A stretch of DNA of 64,000 nucleotides, taken from the NCBI GenBank assembly GCA_007376295.1, contig VMGB01000001.1:349969-413968 (forward strand). Direction: 5' to 3'. Below, piece after piece: positions 26,665 through 36,808 of this stretch (positions are counted from its first letter, which is position 1; each line of letters opens with the position of its first letter). The notes under the pieces were generated by a model, which was not told the DNA's origin, ran no database searches, and worked only from the letters and a program-made list of their open reading frames with translations. The position numbers and the translations under genes are program-made. The DNA comes from Parcubacteria group bacterium Gr01-1014_13. GTDB taxonomy: Bacteria > Patescibacteriota > Patescibacteriia > Magasanikbacterales > GWA2-37-8.

Positions 26665-27777
26665 TTACTTGTAATTACTTTTTTTGCTTACACCAGCCAC
26701 TATTCCCATCGCTGCCAGCATTACCAGCATGGCCGAACCACCATGACTGATAAACGGCAGGGGCACACCGGTGAGCGGTAATAGCCCTATAGTTGTGCTA
26801 ATATTAAGGAAAGATTGCCAGACAAACCATACCATAATTCCGGCAGTAAGTAAATGGCCGAACTGGTCCGGCGCTCCCTTGGCTATTTTAAACCCCCGAA
26901 AACCCAAAAATACAATAAGCACTACCAAAGCCACGCTAATTAATAACCCCATTTCCTCGGCAATTACGGCAAAAATGGAATCTGCCTGTACTTCTGGTAA
27001 GTACTGAAACTTTTGTCGCGAATGGCCCAATCCTAGACCCCAAATCCCTCCAGATCCTACGGCCAGGAAAGATTGATTGATTTGATAGCCGATTCCTTGC
27101 GGATCCAGCTCGGGATGTAAAAAAGTTGTTAACCTTTTTACCCTATAACTATCAGGAGCAACCACCAGCATCAGAACAAAACAAACTACCCCAATTAATC
27201 CTAAAATAGCTAAATAAATCTTGGGGGTGTCTGCTAAATAAAGCATGGCAAAAATAATCACTGCCAAAATAGACAGTGTACCAACATCTGGCTGCGCCGC
27301 GATTAACAGAACTGCTGGAGAAAGCATGGCCAAAACCGGCATTAGTCCATTTTTCCAATCTCTTAAATCCCTACCTTCAGAAAGCAGTTTGGCCAAAATT
27401 ATAATTACAGCCAGTTTGGCAAACTCAGAAGGCTGTAAACTTAAACCGAGCACCTGAATCCAGCTGCGGGCGCCATTTAGCACCAAACCGACACCAGGTA
27501 TAAAAACCAAAGCCAAAAGAATTAAGGCTAATATATAAATCACTCCGCTTAATTTTCGCAATAAATTATAATTAAGACGAGCGAAAATTAAAAATAAAAA
27601 AACTCCCGGCAATAAACCAAATAAAAATTGTTTCTTAATGAAATAAAAGGTATCACCAAACCGGGAATAACCGGCGGGCGAACTCGCCGAAGCTAACATC
27701 ACCAGCCCAAATACCACTAAAATTCCAACGAGTAATAGAAACAGCCTGTCCGCTGATTTTGAAGAGGCTTCTTGCAC
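26665..27777 (-). CDS. ftsW: SEDS family peptidoglycan polymerase FtsW
   Basis: NGARSW, LQPSEFAK, QPD.GT, YLPEVQADSIF, TGVPLPFISHGGS; GTG start. Confidence 0.92.
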   Translation of the reverse strand: MQEASSKSADRLFLLLVGILVVFGLVMLASASSPAGYSRFGDTFYFIKKQFLFGLLPGVFLFLIFARLNYNLLRKLSGVIYILALILLALVFIPGVGLVLNGARSWIQVLGLSLQPSEFAKLAVIIILAKLLSEGRDLRDWKNGLMPVLAMLSPAVLLIAAQPDVGTLSILAVIIFAMLYLADTPKIYLAILGLIGVVCFVLMLVVAPDSYRVKRLTTFLHPELDPQGIGYQINQSFLAVGSGGIWGLGLGHSRQKFQYLPEVQADSIFAVIAEEMGLLISVALVVLIVFLGFRGFKIAKGAPDQFGHLLTAGIMVWFVWQSFLNISTTIGLLPLTGVPLPFISHGGSAMLVMLAAMGIVAGVSKKSNYK

Positions 27778-27779
27778 AC

Positions 27780-28133
27780 TTAAATGTTTAATCTAACTAG
27801 AAGTATTGTCCCGATCATTAAAAACACATGGAAAAATAAAACCCAAACGCTCATAAGCCTGGCCAAAAATTTATCTACCGAATAAAACATTAATGAAAAA
27901 AAGTAATTTAACAAAATTACCGCCAAACCAAGCAAGGGTATAAAATAAATCCTCCACCATTCACCCACCAAATCTACTCCGAAAATTATATTATAATGCA
28001 AAAAAATCTGGGCAGCATCGGGCCGAATATTGGAAATCAAATACCACCACAAAAATATTTGAATCAAAATAGTGCCTAATAATGGCACCCCGGTCCAAAT
28101 ATCGCGAAAATATAGCTTGGGAGAGTAAAACAT
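27780..28133 (-). CDS. three-TM membrane protein (DUF1648-like)
   Basis: LHYNIIFGVDLVG loop between TM helices. Confidence 0.65.
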   Translation of the reverse strand: MFYSPKLYFRDIWTGVPLLGTILIQIFLWWYLISNIRPDAAQIFLHYNIIFGVDLVGEWWRIYFIPLLGLAVILLNYFFSLMFYSVDKFLARLMSVWVLFFHVFLMIGTILLVRLNI

Positions 28134-28153
28134 GGTAATTTAGGGCTAGTCTA

Positions 28154-28182
28154 TTGACAATTACTATGAAATATATTATACT
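28154..28182 (+). promoter_or_regulatory. sigma70 promoter of rpmA
   Basis: TTGACA-17-TATACT. Confidence 0.8.
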
Positions 28183-28227
28183 ATTTTTACTAAATTAATC
28201 AATCTTTCTAACTTCAATAATAAGCAT

Positions 28228-28503
28228 ATGTCCCATAAAAAAGCAGGTGGTTCTACCCGGTTGGGCCGAGATTCCAATGCCCAGCGCCTAGGAGTAAAAC
28301 TCCATGACGGCCAAGCCGTACGAACCGGTATGATCATAATCCGCCAGCGCGGTACCAAATTCCATTTAGGAAAAAATGTCAAAAGAGGCGCAGATGATAC
28401 TATTTTCTCCATGGCTAATGGAAAAGTAAAATTCACCCAACATAAACGACGTAGATTTGATGGCAGCCTAAAAATGGCAAAATTTGTCCACGTTGAAGCC
28501 TAA
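28228..28503 (+). CDS. rpmA: 50S ribosomal protein L27
   Basis: [14 protein letters not shown]...RLGVK, IIRQRGT, DDTIF. Confidence 0.97.
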   Translation: MSHKKAGGSTRLGRDSNAQRLGVKLHDGQAVRTGMIIIRQRGTKFHLGKNVKRGADDTIFSMANGKVKFTQHKRRRFDGSLKMAKFVHVEA

Positions 28504-28514
28504 AAACAATCTTC

Positions 28515-28546
28515 AAAAAAATCCTCCCAAATTTGGGAGGATTTTT
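28515..28546. terminator. bidirectional intrinsic terminator
   Basis: AAAAAATCCTCCCA-AATT-TGGGAGGATTTTT. Confidence 0.9.
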
Positions 28547-28558
28547 AATTTATATATT

Positions 28559-29467
28559 TTATAGGCCGGCCTCTTTTTTTAATTCGGCAACACCTTCTTC
28601 TAAAGTTATTGTTGGCCCCCAGCCTAGGAGTTTTTTAATTAATGTAATATCTGCCATTGTACTTCTTGGATCTCCTGGCCTAGGATCAACAAAGATATAA
28701 TCTCCTCCAATTAATTTTGCCACATCATTTACAGTATAAGGCTTACCATTGCCTACATTCATCACTTCACCATGGCCAACTTTTTCTGATTCCATAGCTA
28801 ATATGTTTGCCCTGGCAACATCATAGACATGAATATAATCACGAAGATATTCACCATCGCCACAAATAGTCATGGGCTTTCCTTCTTTGATCTGTTTAAG
28901 AAATTTGGCTACTACTAAAGCGTAAGCACCCTCTGGATCCATGTGTGGCCCATAAAGATTAAAATAACGAAGAGAAACAGTGTTAAACTTGTAAAGTTCA
29001 TAGAATAAACGGCAGTACTCTTCACCAACATATTTTTGCAACCCATACGGACTTAACGGCGCAGGCTTCATAGTTTCTACCAAAAGATCTGACTTTTGTT
29101 CTCCATAGGCTGAAGAAGAAGCGCTATAAACCAATCTTTTTACTCCATTATCCCGGGCAGACACCAAAACATTGAGAGTTCCGCCTATATTAATATCATT
29201 GGTTTCTTGAGGATTTTCTATCGAATATGGCATACGAGCCATTGCCGCCAGATGGAAGACTCCATCAACGCCAGCCATCACTTTGTTTATATCTTCCATG
29301 TTGCGGATGTCTCCTTCAACATATTTAACGTTGGGCTGTACTCTATCCGGAAATCTTCCGCCGCTATAATTATCAAAAGATACAACTTCATCACCTTTTG
29401 CTAAAAGCTGTTTAATAAGGTTTGTGCCGATAAAACCGGCTCCGCCGGTAACAAGATACTTTGACAT
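28559..29467 (-). CDS. NDP-sugar 4-epimerase (WbgU/WbpP-like extended SDR)
   Basis: TGGAGFIG, SASSSAYG, SPYGLQK, LRYFNLYGP. Confidence 0.88.
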   Translation of the reverse strand: MSKYLVTGGAGFIGTNLIKQLLAKGDEVVSFDNYSGGRFPDRVQPNVKYVEGDIRNMEDINKVMAGVDGVFHLAAMARMPYSIENPQETNDINIGGTLNVLVSARDNGVKRLVYSASSSAYGEQKSDLLVETMKPAPLSPYGLQKYVGEEYCRLFYELYKFNTVSLRYFNLYGPHMDPEGAYALVVAKFLKQIKEGKPMTICGDGEYLRDYIHVYDVARANILAMESEKVGHGEVMNVGNGKPYTVNDVAKLIGGDYIFVDPRPGDPRSTMADITLIKKLLGWGPTITLEEGVAELKKEAGL

Positions 29468-29471
29468 AAAT

Positions 29472-30875
29472 TTAAATCTTACTTTTTAGAAACGAAGAAC
29501 CTACCGCTATTACGTCATAGCCTTTACTTTGTAATTCCTCATATTTGTCTTGAACCAACCGTCTGCCGTCCATAATTAAGTATGGTGGCGGACAAATTGA
29601 CTGAATTTTTTCGCCTAACAAACGGAACTGGGCCCAATCAGTTAAAATCAAACAAGCGTTGCTGCCCTTTAGCGCTTCTTCTTCTGTATCAAAATACTCT
29701 ATTTTCTCATAACGAGGATCATTTTTAGGGTTAAATAGATTTTTGAACATTGGCAGCGCAGCCGGGTCATAAATCCTGATTTTACTTACGTTAGAATTAA
29801 TAAGATGTCTTACTATATCAATAGCTGGAGAATGTCTAACATCATTTGTATTTTGCTTAAAGGCTACGCCTAAAACAGTAATAACTTTTCCATCCCACGA
29901 AAAACCAGCTTCTTTTTCGGCGCGGCTATAAAAATGATCGCGCTGAAACTTGTTTGCTTCAAGCGATAATCTAATTTGATGAGTGTTGGCGCCAGCTTCT
30001 TCCATTTGATGAGCCAAAGAAGCAGCGTCTTTTATAAAACAACTACCCCCAGCGTAAACACTGTCATAAAGCCCCCAAGTGCCTATCCGGGCATCGGTAT
30101 TAATTATCTGTCTAACATTTTCAAATTTTATGTTTGGAAAAAATTCACAAAGTCTGCCAATAACATCAAAGGTGACCGCCAATTTGCTAAACAAAAGATA
30201 GTTGGCCAATAATTTTCCAGCGGCCGCTTCATATGGATTTGTTTCAATGTATTTTACATTAGTGGAACTAAAACGGGCATATACCTCGCGCATGATCTTA
30301 AAATCCTGCTCTTTTTCAGCGCCGATTATTACCCTATCCGGTCTGATTGATCCTTCGATAGCTTTTCCTTCGACCAAAAATTCTGGATTAGACACTACGC
30401 CAAAATTTATTACTCCATGTTCATTCATTATCTGCGCCGTCATGTTTATCATGTTCACCGGTACTGTGCTTTTATTAACAATGACAATATACTTGCTTTG
30501 CTCGCCTTTATTTCGTTTGGCTAAATGGCTAGCTAATTCGTTGGCGGCTTTATAATAATAAGACAGGTCCGATTCTCCTTCAGAACCTTCCTTTTCCGGA
30601 GTCGGCAAACACATAAAGACAGCGTCGATATCATTTAAAGCCTTAACAACGTCATTATAATCAGCGGTAAAGGTTATTCTATCTTTATTGTTTGCAAGCA
30701 TTTTACAGAGGCCATCTTCCAACAGACATGACTCTATCTCCTCTACATTATTTGAGGCGAGCATTTTGATTTTTCTTTCATCTATATCATATACCAAAAC
30801 ATCATGCCCAGAGTCAGCCATTACAGCCGCGGAACAAGTACCAACATATCCAGAACCTATATATAAAATCTTCAT
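29472..30875 (-). CDS. ugd: UDP-glucose/GDP-mannose 6-dehydrogenase
   Basis: GSGYVG, CLPTP, NKSTVP, SNPEFL.EG, GGSCFIKD, FKQNTNDVR. Confidence 0.88.
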   Translation of the reverse strand: MKILYIGSGYVGTCSAAVMADSGHDVLVYDIDERKIKMLASNNVEEIESCLLEDGLCKMLANNKDRITFTADYNDVVKALNDIDAVFMCLPTPEKEGSEGESDLSYYYKAANELASHLAKRNKGEQSKYIVIVNKSTVPVNMINMTAQIMNEHGVINFGVVSNPEFLVEGKAIEGSIRPDRVIIGAEKEQDFKIMREVYARFSSTNVKYIETNPYEAAAGKLLANYLLFSKLAVTFDVIGRLCEFFPNIKFENVRQIINTDARIGTWGLYDSVYAGGSCFIKDAASLAHQMEEAGANTHQIRLSLEANKFQRDHFYSRAEKEAGFSWDGKVITVLGVAFKQNTNDVRHSPAIDIVRHLINSNVSKIRIYDPAALPMFKNLFNPKNDPRYEKIEYFDTEEEALKGSNACLILTDWAQFRLLGEKIQSICPPPYLIMDGRRLVQDKYEELQSKGYDVIAVGSSFLKSKI

Positions 30876-30880
30876 GATAA

Positions 30881-31747
30881 TTACGATTTAAAAATATTTA
30901 TACTTAACGCCAAAAACATTCTAAATTTAATTCCTAGCCAAACTATTAAATCAATTAAGAAGTTGTATTTAAAATGTTTTTTATAATACAACCACATCGC
31001 CTCATAGAAATTTACCAGGGATTTTACCCGGCGTTTGCCGCTGCTTTGACCACCAAAATGAATAATCTTGGCATCACTAACATACACTATTTTCCAGCCT
31101 TTATCAAGCACTCGTTTGCAAAAATCGAGATCCTCGCCATACATAAAAAATCTTTCATCAAAACCTCCAATTTCCGCATAAACCTGCCGACGAAACATCA
31201 TAGCTGCTCCAGACAAAGCCTGGGTCGAACCGGTAATTTCTGGATCAATGGCATATTGCTTGTACTGATTGACCAATTTGTTGTTTTTAAAAATTTTAGT
31301 CAGTCCAAATAAATGAAAAAGTGAATTTAAAGGATTTGGCAGCATTCTACGGCAAGCATGTTGAAAAGTCATGTCTTTATTAAGCAGTCTGGGCCCGACC
31401 AGCATAACATCAGCATGTTGATCCAGATAATTTACCAACTTGTTTAAGGCGCTATCTAAAACCACGACATCGGTATTTAAAAACATTAAATAATCACCTT
31501 GGGCAATTTTTAATCCTTGATTGTTAGCTTTGCCAAAACCGCGATTATCCGGATTGACAATTAAAACTACTTGCGGGAATTCTTTTTTTATCATTTCTAC
31601 ACTGTTGTCTGCCGAATTGTTATCAACCACAATTACTTCAAAATCTATCCCGCTAGTTTCTTTATAAATAGAAGCAAGCGCCTGTTTGGTCAGGTCGCAA
31701 GTGTTCCAATTAACTAAAATCACAGACAATTTCATACTAATTTTCAA
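30881..31747 (-). CDS. GT2 glycosyltransferase (WbbL-like)
   Basis: VDNNSAD, GFGKANN, GGFDERFFMYGED. Confidence 0.9.
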   Translation of the reverse strand: MKISMKLSVILVNWNTCDLTKQALASIYKETSGIDFEVIVVDNNSADNSVEMIKKEFPQVVLIVNPDNRGFGKANNQGLKIAQGDYLMFLNTDVVVLDSALNKLVNYLDQHADVMLVGPRLLNKDMTFQHACRRMLPNPLNSLFHLFGLTKIFKNNKLVNQYKQYAIDPEITGSTQALSGAAMMFRRQVYAEIGGFDERFFMYGEDLDFCKRVLDKGWKIVYVSDAKIIHFGGQSSGKRRVKSLVNFYEAMWLYYKKHFKYNFLIDLIVWLGIKFRMFLALSINIFKS

Positions 31748-32702
31748 ATTTTACTTTACCAGTATACCTCTCATAAACCCCGACTGGCCAACCGCACATT
31801 TTGGCGATATCCCCATAAACAATAATAAATGGTAAAAAAACAAATCCCAAAATTTTACTAACTAAAGAAAGTTTCTCGCAATATATAAACCATCTTTTCC
31901 AAAATTTTCTTAAATAATCCAACCAAACAAGCAGTAATAACGCCCCTAATAATGGACCTGTTTTAAGGCTTAAATACAAAAAAAATATATTTACAGAATA
32001 AAAAACATATCTTGCCATCTGGCGATGGAACCATAATTTACCATGACCATCGCTTCTGGTATAACCAAACAATTGTTTAAAGTAACTTTTTAAATTGGTC
32101 CTAGGTCGCCAAAAAACCAACGGCTCCCGTATATACTCTGTTTTTATTGCTAATTTAGAAATTTTTAAATCAAAAACTACATCTTCGCACAACGGAATCC
32201 ATTCTGGATAACCACCCGCCTGTTGCCAAACTTCCTTTTTAAAAGCAACCGAACGGCTGGACGGCAACCAATTTTTTCTAAATTCAAAAGGTGCGGGGAT
32301 AGTAGCGGCGGCTATGAGCCGCGTCAATAAGCTATCATTTGCCTTAAACCATGGACCAAAACCGGTAGCCACAAAACTGCTTTGGCCAGACAAAATTGGA
32401 TCGGTAATTTTTCTAAACCAATTAACATCATAATTACAACCAGCATCAGTTACGACGATTATTTCGCCCTGCGCCTCGCCGATGGCAAAATTTCTGCCGG
32501 CAGATATATTCCCAGGGTATTGCCAAACTTTTACCAAGCTATTTTGCCTGCTTTTTTCCTGCAGCATTTCCCAGGTGCCATCTTTCGAACCTCCATCGAC
32601 GATAATTATTTCTTCGGGCAAAACCGTTTGCGACAAAACCCCCTCTAGCCAATCGGCTAAATTACCGCTTTCGTTTAAAACAGTAGTGATTAGAGAGATC
32701 AT
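31737..32702 (-). CDS. GT2 glycosyltransferase with C-terminal TM helices
   Basis: VDGGSKDGT, TDAG, GGYPE...ED. Confidence 0.9.
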   Translation of the reverse strand: MISLITTVLNESGNLADWLEGVLSQTVLPEEIIIVDGGSKDGTWEMLQEKSRQNSLVKVWQYPGNISAGRNFAIGEAQGEIIVVTDAGCNYDVNWFRKITDPILSGQSSFVATGFGPWFKANDSLLTRLIAAATIPAPFEFRKNWLPSSRSVAFKKEVWQQAGGYPEWIPLCEDVVFDLKISKLAIKTEYIREPLVFWRPRTNLKSYFKQLFGYTRSDGHGKLWFHRQMARYVFYSVNIFFLYLSLKTGPLLGALLLLVWLDYLRKFWKRWFIYCEKLSLVSKILGFVFLPFIIVYGDIAKMCGWPVGVYERYTGKVKFEN

Positions 32703-32778
32703 AAATATTTAACTCTATCGCTTGATTATACCGTATATAAGCGTAATTTGACAAGTTGTATCATACCACCAAAAGGTA

Positions 32779-32807
32779 TTGACATATCTATTTATTTAAG
32801 GTATAAT
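32779..32807 (+). promoter_or_regulatory. consensus sigma70 promoter
   Basis: TTGACA-17-TATAAT exact match. Confidence 0.85.
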
Positions 32808-32866
32808 TGGCGACATTCTGGTAGGCGTTCTATTCAGAAAAACCAAATCTTTCAGGAGTAACACAA

Positions 32867-33154
32867 ATGCGTAGAAAGATGTTCATGATCAGCTCGGTAG
32901 TAGTGGTTTTAACTATTGGGGCTTGTGAAAAACGTCAACCACCTCCAATAAATACCGCGGTGGAAAGCGCTCCAGTATCACTGATGCAACAGCTAGACCA
33001 GGTCGGTATCCAAATAAAGCTGAATACCTTGACCGTTGTCTGTGATCCGGCAAGGGGAAACCTTATTTATATCGTCGGTGGAGGCGGCGGATTTGGTGGA
33101 ACCAATGGACAGATAGACGTAGCGCTTGCAGTAGTCCATCAACCCTGCCAATAA
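32867..33154 (+). CDS. orphan small lipoprotein (95 aa)
   Basis: CAGGAG SD; MRRK + hydrophobic core + LTIGAC; two further Cys and a GGGGGFGG loop. Confidence 0.75.
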   Translation: MRRKMFMISSVVVVLTIGACEKRQPPPINTAVESAPVSLMQQLDQVGIQIKLNTLTVVCDPARGNLIYIVGGGGGFGGTNGQIDVALAVVHQPCQ

Positions 33155-33178
33155 TAAGGATTTTCTACCATATCAAGC

Positions 33179-33212
33179 GGGGCATTCACGCATAGCGTAG
33201 TGCCCCTTTTTT
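33179..33212 (+). terminator. interrupted-hairpin intrinsic terminator
   Basis: GGGGCA-TTC-ACGC-ATA-GCGT-AG-TGCCCC-TTTTTT. Confidence 0.75.
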
Positions 33213-33300
33213 ATACCATATTGCAGTAAGTTGATATATAATATACTATACTGAAAAGATAGTTTACATTTAACTTTTCTTCTCATCACTCATTTCCTTT

Positions 33301-34437
33301 ATGAGACCAACAACAATCGCTGTAAATGCCCGCATGTTGCTAAAAAATCGACTTGATGGCATAGGCTGGATAGCCTACCACACCTTGAAACGCATGGTGC
33401 AGGAACACCCGGAAATTAACTTTATTTTTTTATTTGACCGAAAATACGACAAGGAATTTATCTTTGGTCCAAATGTTACTCCATATGTAGTTTTCCCGCC
33501 AACTCGCCATCCGGTTTTATACGTTCTGTGGTTCCAAATCGCTATCCCCCGTATCCTAAACAAACTTAAGCCGGATTTATTTTTATCCCATGACGGCCTG
33601 ATAACATTGGGAGCAAAATACAAACAACTCTCGGTTATCTGCGATATTAATTTTTTTCATTACCCTAAGGATCTCCCGTTTGCTTACCGTACTTTCTTTA
33701 ACTTTTTTTTCCCGCGCTACGCAGCCCAAGCAACTAGAATTCTTACCATATCTAACTTTTGTAAAAATGATATTGTAAAAAGCTATCACACTAACCCAGA
33801 CAAAATAGATGTAACATATGTTGGCGTAGAAAGCTCTTTTGCCCCACTCCCGGAAGAAAAACAAGCAGAAGTTCGCGCAAAACATACCGACGGAAAAAAA
33901 TACTTTATTTTTGTCGGCTCAATTCATCCAAGAAAAAATATTGTTGGATTGCTAAAAGCATTTGAACTATTTAAACAAAAAAGCGGCAGCGACTATAAGT
34001 TGGTGCTGGCCGGATCATTTTTTTGGGGCAAAAAAGAAATCAACAAAACCTTGGAAGAAATGAAATACAAAAATGATGTTATTTTTACAGGCCGTACACC
34101 TGATAATACTTTGCGCGAACTGCTCGCTTCGGCATTTTGCCTAACATTTGTTTCTTACTTTGAAGGTTTTGGTATTCCTCTAATCGAAGCGATGCGCTGC
34201 CATACTCCCATTATTTCCTCAAACGTAACCTCATTACCGGAAGTAGCTGGCGATGCAGCGATATATGTTGATCCGTTTAATATTGAAGATATGTGCCGCG
34301 GAATGCTTACCATGTATCAAGACGAAACTTTGCGCAATTCACTTATAAAAAACGGCATTGAACAGTATAAAAAATTTACTTGGGATGCTTCGGCTCAAGG
34401 TTTTTGGTCGAGTATACAAAAAACCTTATCCCAATAA
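33301..34437 (+). CDS. GT4 glycosyltransferase (MtfB/WbpY-like)
   Basis: VGSIHPRKN, FEGFGIPLIEAM, SLPEVAGDAA. Confidence 0.92.
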   Translation: MRPTTIAVNARMLLKNRLDGIGWIAYHTLKRMVQEHPEINFIFLFDRKYDKEFIFGPNVTPYVVFPPTRHPVLYVLWFQIAIPRILNKLKPDLFLSHDGLITLGAKYKQLSVICDINFFHYPKDLPFAYRTFFNFFFPRYAAQATRILTISNFCKNDIVKSYHTNPDKIDVTYVGVESSFAPLPEEKQAEVRAKHTDGKKYFIFVGSIHPRKNIVGLLKAFELFKQKSGSDYKLVLAGSFFWGKKEINKTLEEMKYKNDVIFTGRTPDNTLRELLASAFCLTFVSYFEGFGIPLIEAMRCHTPIISSNVTSLPEVAGDAAIYVDPFNIEDMCRGMLTMYQDETLRNSLIKNGIEQYKKFTWDASAQGFWSSIQKTLSQ

Positions 34438-35445
34438 CGTTGTAGCTTCTCCGGCTTGTCTGCGCCGAATCCACTGCGCAGTTTTTAAAATTCCTTCACG
34501 AAGTGAGATTGTAGGATGCCAATCGATTGCCTTCTCTAACTTTTCGGCTATCATCTCACGGCGCACGGCAGTGACGGCCTTTGTTTCTTTTACTACATAC
34601 TCAAAAGGTCTTTCGTCGCCCAACAGCTCCCAAACCAATTTTGCCGCATCAACAATTTTTGTCGCTTCGCTTGTACCTACATTAAAATCGGTATTCATAA
34701 CTTGAACATCTCGTTGTACGGCCTTTTCTACAATTGCTACTGTTGCCGCCACAGCGTCATCAACATAGGTAAATGGTCTGGTTGCATCTTCGCCACCCAA
34801 AAGTTCAAGCGGGTATTGCCCAGATAAGACCTTCTCAATAAACGCAGGCAGAACATGAATATCGCCGGGAGTTGATCCTTTTGAATCTTCTCCAGGACCA
34901 TAGATGTTATGATAACGAAGAATTACATACGGCATCTGATACTGGGAAAAATATGCACGGCAAAAATATTCACCAGCTAATTTTGACATACCATATACAT
35001 TGGTTGGAAGGTAAGCTTTGGACAAATCTTCTTCACGATATGGAAACACCGTAGATCCTTGAAACGCCATGGAGCTTCCAGAATAGATAATACATGGTTT
35101 GCCAGCATCAAGCGCGGCTGGATAGACCGCAGCATCAATGGCCATATTTTCCTGAAGAATTTCTGCCTGATGCTCATGCATATAGGTTAGCGATCCGATG
35201 TTGGCAGCGAGATGCAAAATAGTATGCGCGTCAGCTAATGCGGATTTGGCAAAAGCAGAATCACGAAGATCGCCTTGTCTTATTTCAACAGAGCTATCAA
35301 ACTCAATACCGCGTTCTTTGGGATGTACTTTATCCACGACTACCACAGGATAACCAAGCTTACAAAGCTCAATAACTACGCGGCTGCCCACATAACCGCT
35401 CCCCCCGGTAACAATAATCTTTTTATCTTTCCCCAAGTCCTTCAT
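34426..35445 (-). CDS. NAD-dependent epimerase/reductase (GME/GMER-like SDR)
   Basis: TGGSGYVG, YGMSK, RYHNIYGP, HVLP. Confidence 0.85.
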   Translation of the reverse strand: MKDLGKDKKIIVTGGSGYVGSRVVIELCKLGYPVVVVDKVHPKERGIEFDSSVEIRQGDLRDSAFAKSALADAHTILHLAANIGSLTYMHEHQAEILQENMAIDAAVYPAALDAGKPCIIYSGSSMAFQGSTVFPYREEDLSKAYLPTNVYGMSKLAGEYFCRAYFSQYQMPYVILRYHNIYGPGEDSKGSTPGDIHVLPAFIEKVLSGQYPLELLGGEDATRPFTYVDDAVAATVAIVEKAVQRDVQVMNTDFNVGTSEATKIVDAAKLVWELLGDERPFEYVVKETKAVTAVRREMIAEKLEKAIDWHPTISLREGILKTAQWIRRRQAGEATTLLG

Positions 35446-36736
35446 ATGTAATATGACTATATGATTTTATAACTTTAGAATCAAACAAATGCCAACCATC
35501 AAAAAAGAACGCCTGCTGATTTAAATTTGGAAGTAATTTTTCAATATCAAAATATTCATACGACACATGGTTGTTCATAAAGAGAACACAATCCGCGCCT
35601 TGAAAACCTTCTTCCAGTGTGCACGGCGTAATACCAAGCCCAACAATTGCTTCTCTTTTTACCACGAAATCATGGCCATGTATATTTTTCGCACCCGCTT
35701 CCTGGAGACATTTTAGAAAATCTACTGTTGGAGAACCGCGCAGATCGTCGGTCTCTGGTCTTCCTTTAAATGCCAATCCGGAAACAAAAATTTTTGCGGT
35801 CGCTATGTCTTTACCATTGGCAGCGCAGTGTTTTCGAACCAGGTCAGCGGTAAATACAGGCAAAGATTCATTTACCTTACGTGCCATCGCTACCAACTGA
35901 GGTGTATATCCAGCGGTCGTAGCAAAATCAACTAGAATATGCGGATCTTTTTCCAAACAGGCTCCTCCCACAAATCCAGGTACTGGCACATTGGTTCTAG
36001 GATATCCGAAATTAGCTGCTTCTATGAGCTCTATAGCGTTCAAGCCGAGTTGACGAGACACCATAGCTACTTCATTAGCAAAAGCAAACGTAAGATCCCT
36101 ATATGAATTATCTAAAATTTTAATCATTTCAGCTGACTCAAGAGAAGAAACTCTAATGATAGTTTTAGTAACTTGAATAAAAATTTCCGAAGCTTTATTT
36201 AAGCTTTCTTCGTCTAGCCCGCCAATAACCTGTGGCAGATATTTCAATTCGGAAAGTGCTTTCCCTTCAATTGTACGCTCAGAGGCAAAAGCCAAATAGA
36301 AACGCTCCTTCTGATGTTTCTGTATCATGGGCAATACATAATTTCTGGTAAGCCCTACCGGTACTGTGCTGCGCAATACTACCAAACCACCCGGTCGTAA
36401 GTTCTTGGCCACATCGGTAACAGCGCTTTCAATATGGCTGATAATTGGTTTTTTAGTACTTTTATCAAGCGGTGTTCCTACGGATATAACAAAAACATCC
36501 ATCGCTATGTCTGCGGGAATGGTTGCGGAAATAAACAAATTTTTATTAACAAATTTTTTTAAAAGCACCTCGAGCCCTTTCTCATGGAAATGCGGCTTGC
36601 CATTTCTTAGCTGTTCCGCGAGCTCTTCGCTCTTAGTAATGCCGTAGACTTGGAATCCTTTTTCTGCAAGCACTACTGACAAAGTAAGCCCCACATATCC
36701 CAGCCCTACCACACAAATCTTTTTTGATTCCACCAT
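35423..36736 (-). CDS. UDP-N-acetylhexosamine 6-dehydrogenase (WecC/WbpA-like)
   Basis: GLGYVG, STVPVG, ERTIEG, AEMIK..DN, VGGACL.KDP, DDLRGSP. Confidence 0.88.
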   Translation of the reverse strand: MVESKKICVVGLGYVGLTLSVVLAEKGFQVYGITKSEELAEQLRNGKPHFHEKGLEVLLKKFVNKNLFISATIPADIAMDVFVISVGTPLDKSTKKPIISHIESAVTDVAKNLRPGGLVVLRSTVPVGLTRNYVLPMIQKHQKERFYLAFASERTIEGKALSELKYLPQVIGGLDEESLNKASEIFIQVTKTIIRVSSLESAEMIKILDNSYRDLTFAFANEVAMVSRQLGLNAIELIEAANFGYPRTNVPVPGFVGGACLEKDPHILVDFATTAGYTPQLVAMARKVNESLPVFTADLVRKHCAANGKDIATAKIFVSGLAFKGRPETDDLRGSPTVDFLKCLQEAGAKNIHGHDFVVKREAIVGLGITPCTLEEGFQGADCVLFMNNHVSYEYFDIEKLLPNLNQQAFFFDGWHLFDSKVIKSYSHITYEGLGER

Positions 36737-36777
36737 ATAATTTCTTGCTTTTATTGCTTAGCTATTTAAGACATCCC

Positions 36778-36806
36778 ATTATACGCTCTCTAAAGACAAC
36801 TGTCAA
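36778..36806 (-). promoter_or_regulatory. consensus internal sigma70 promoter
   Basis: TTGACA-17-TATAAT on the minus strand. Confidence 0.8.
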
Positions 36807-36808
36807 TT

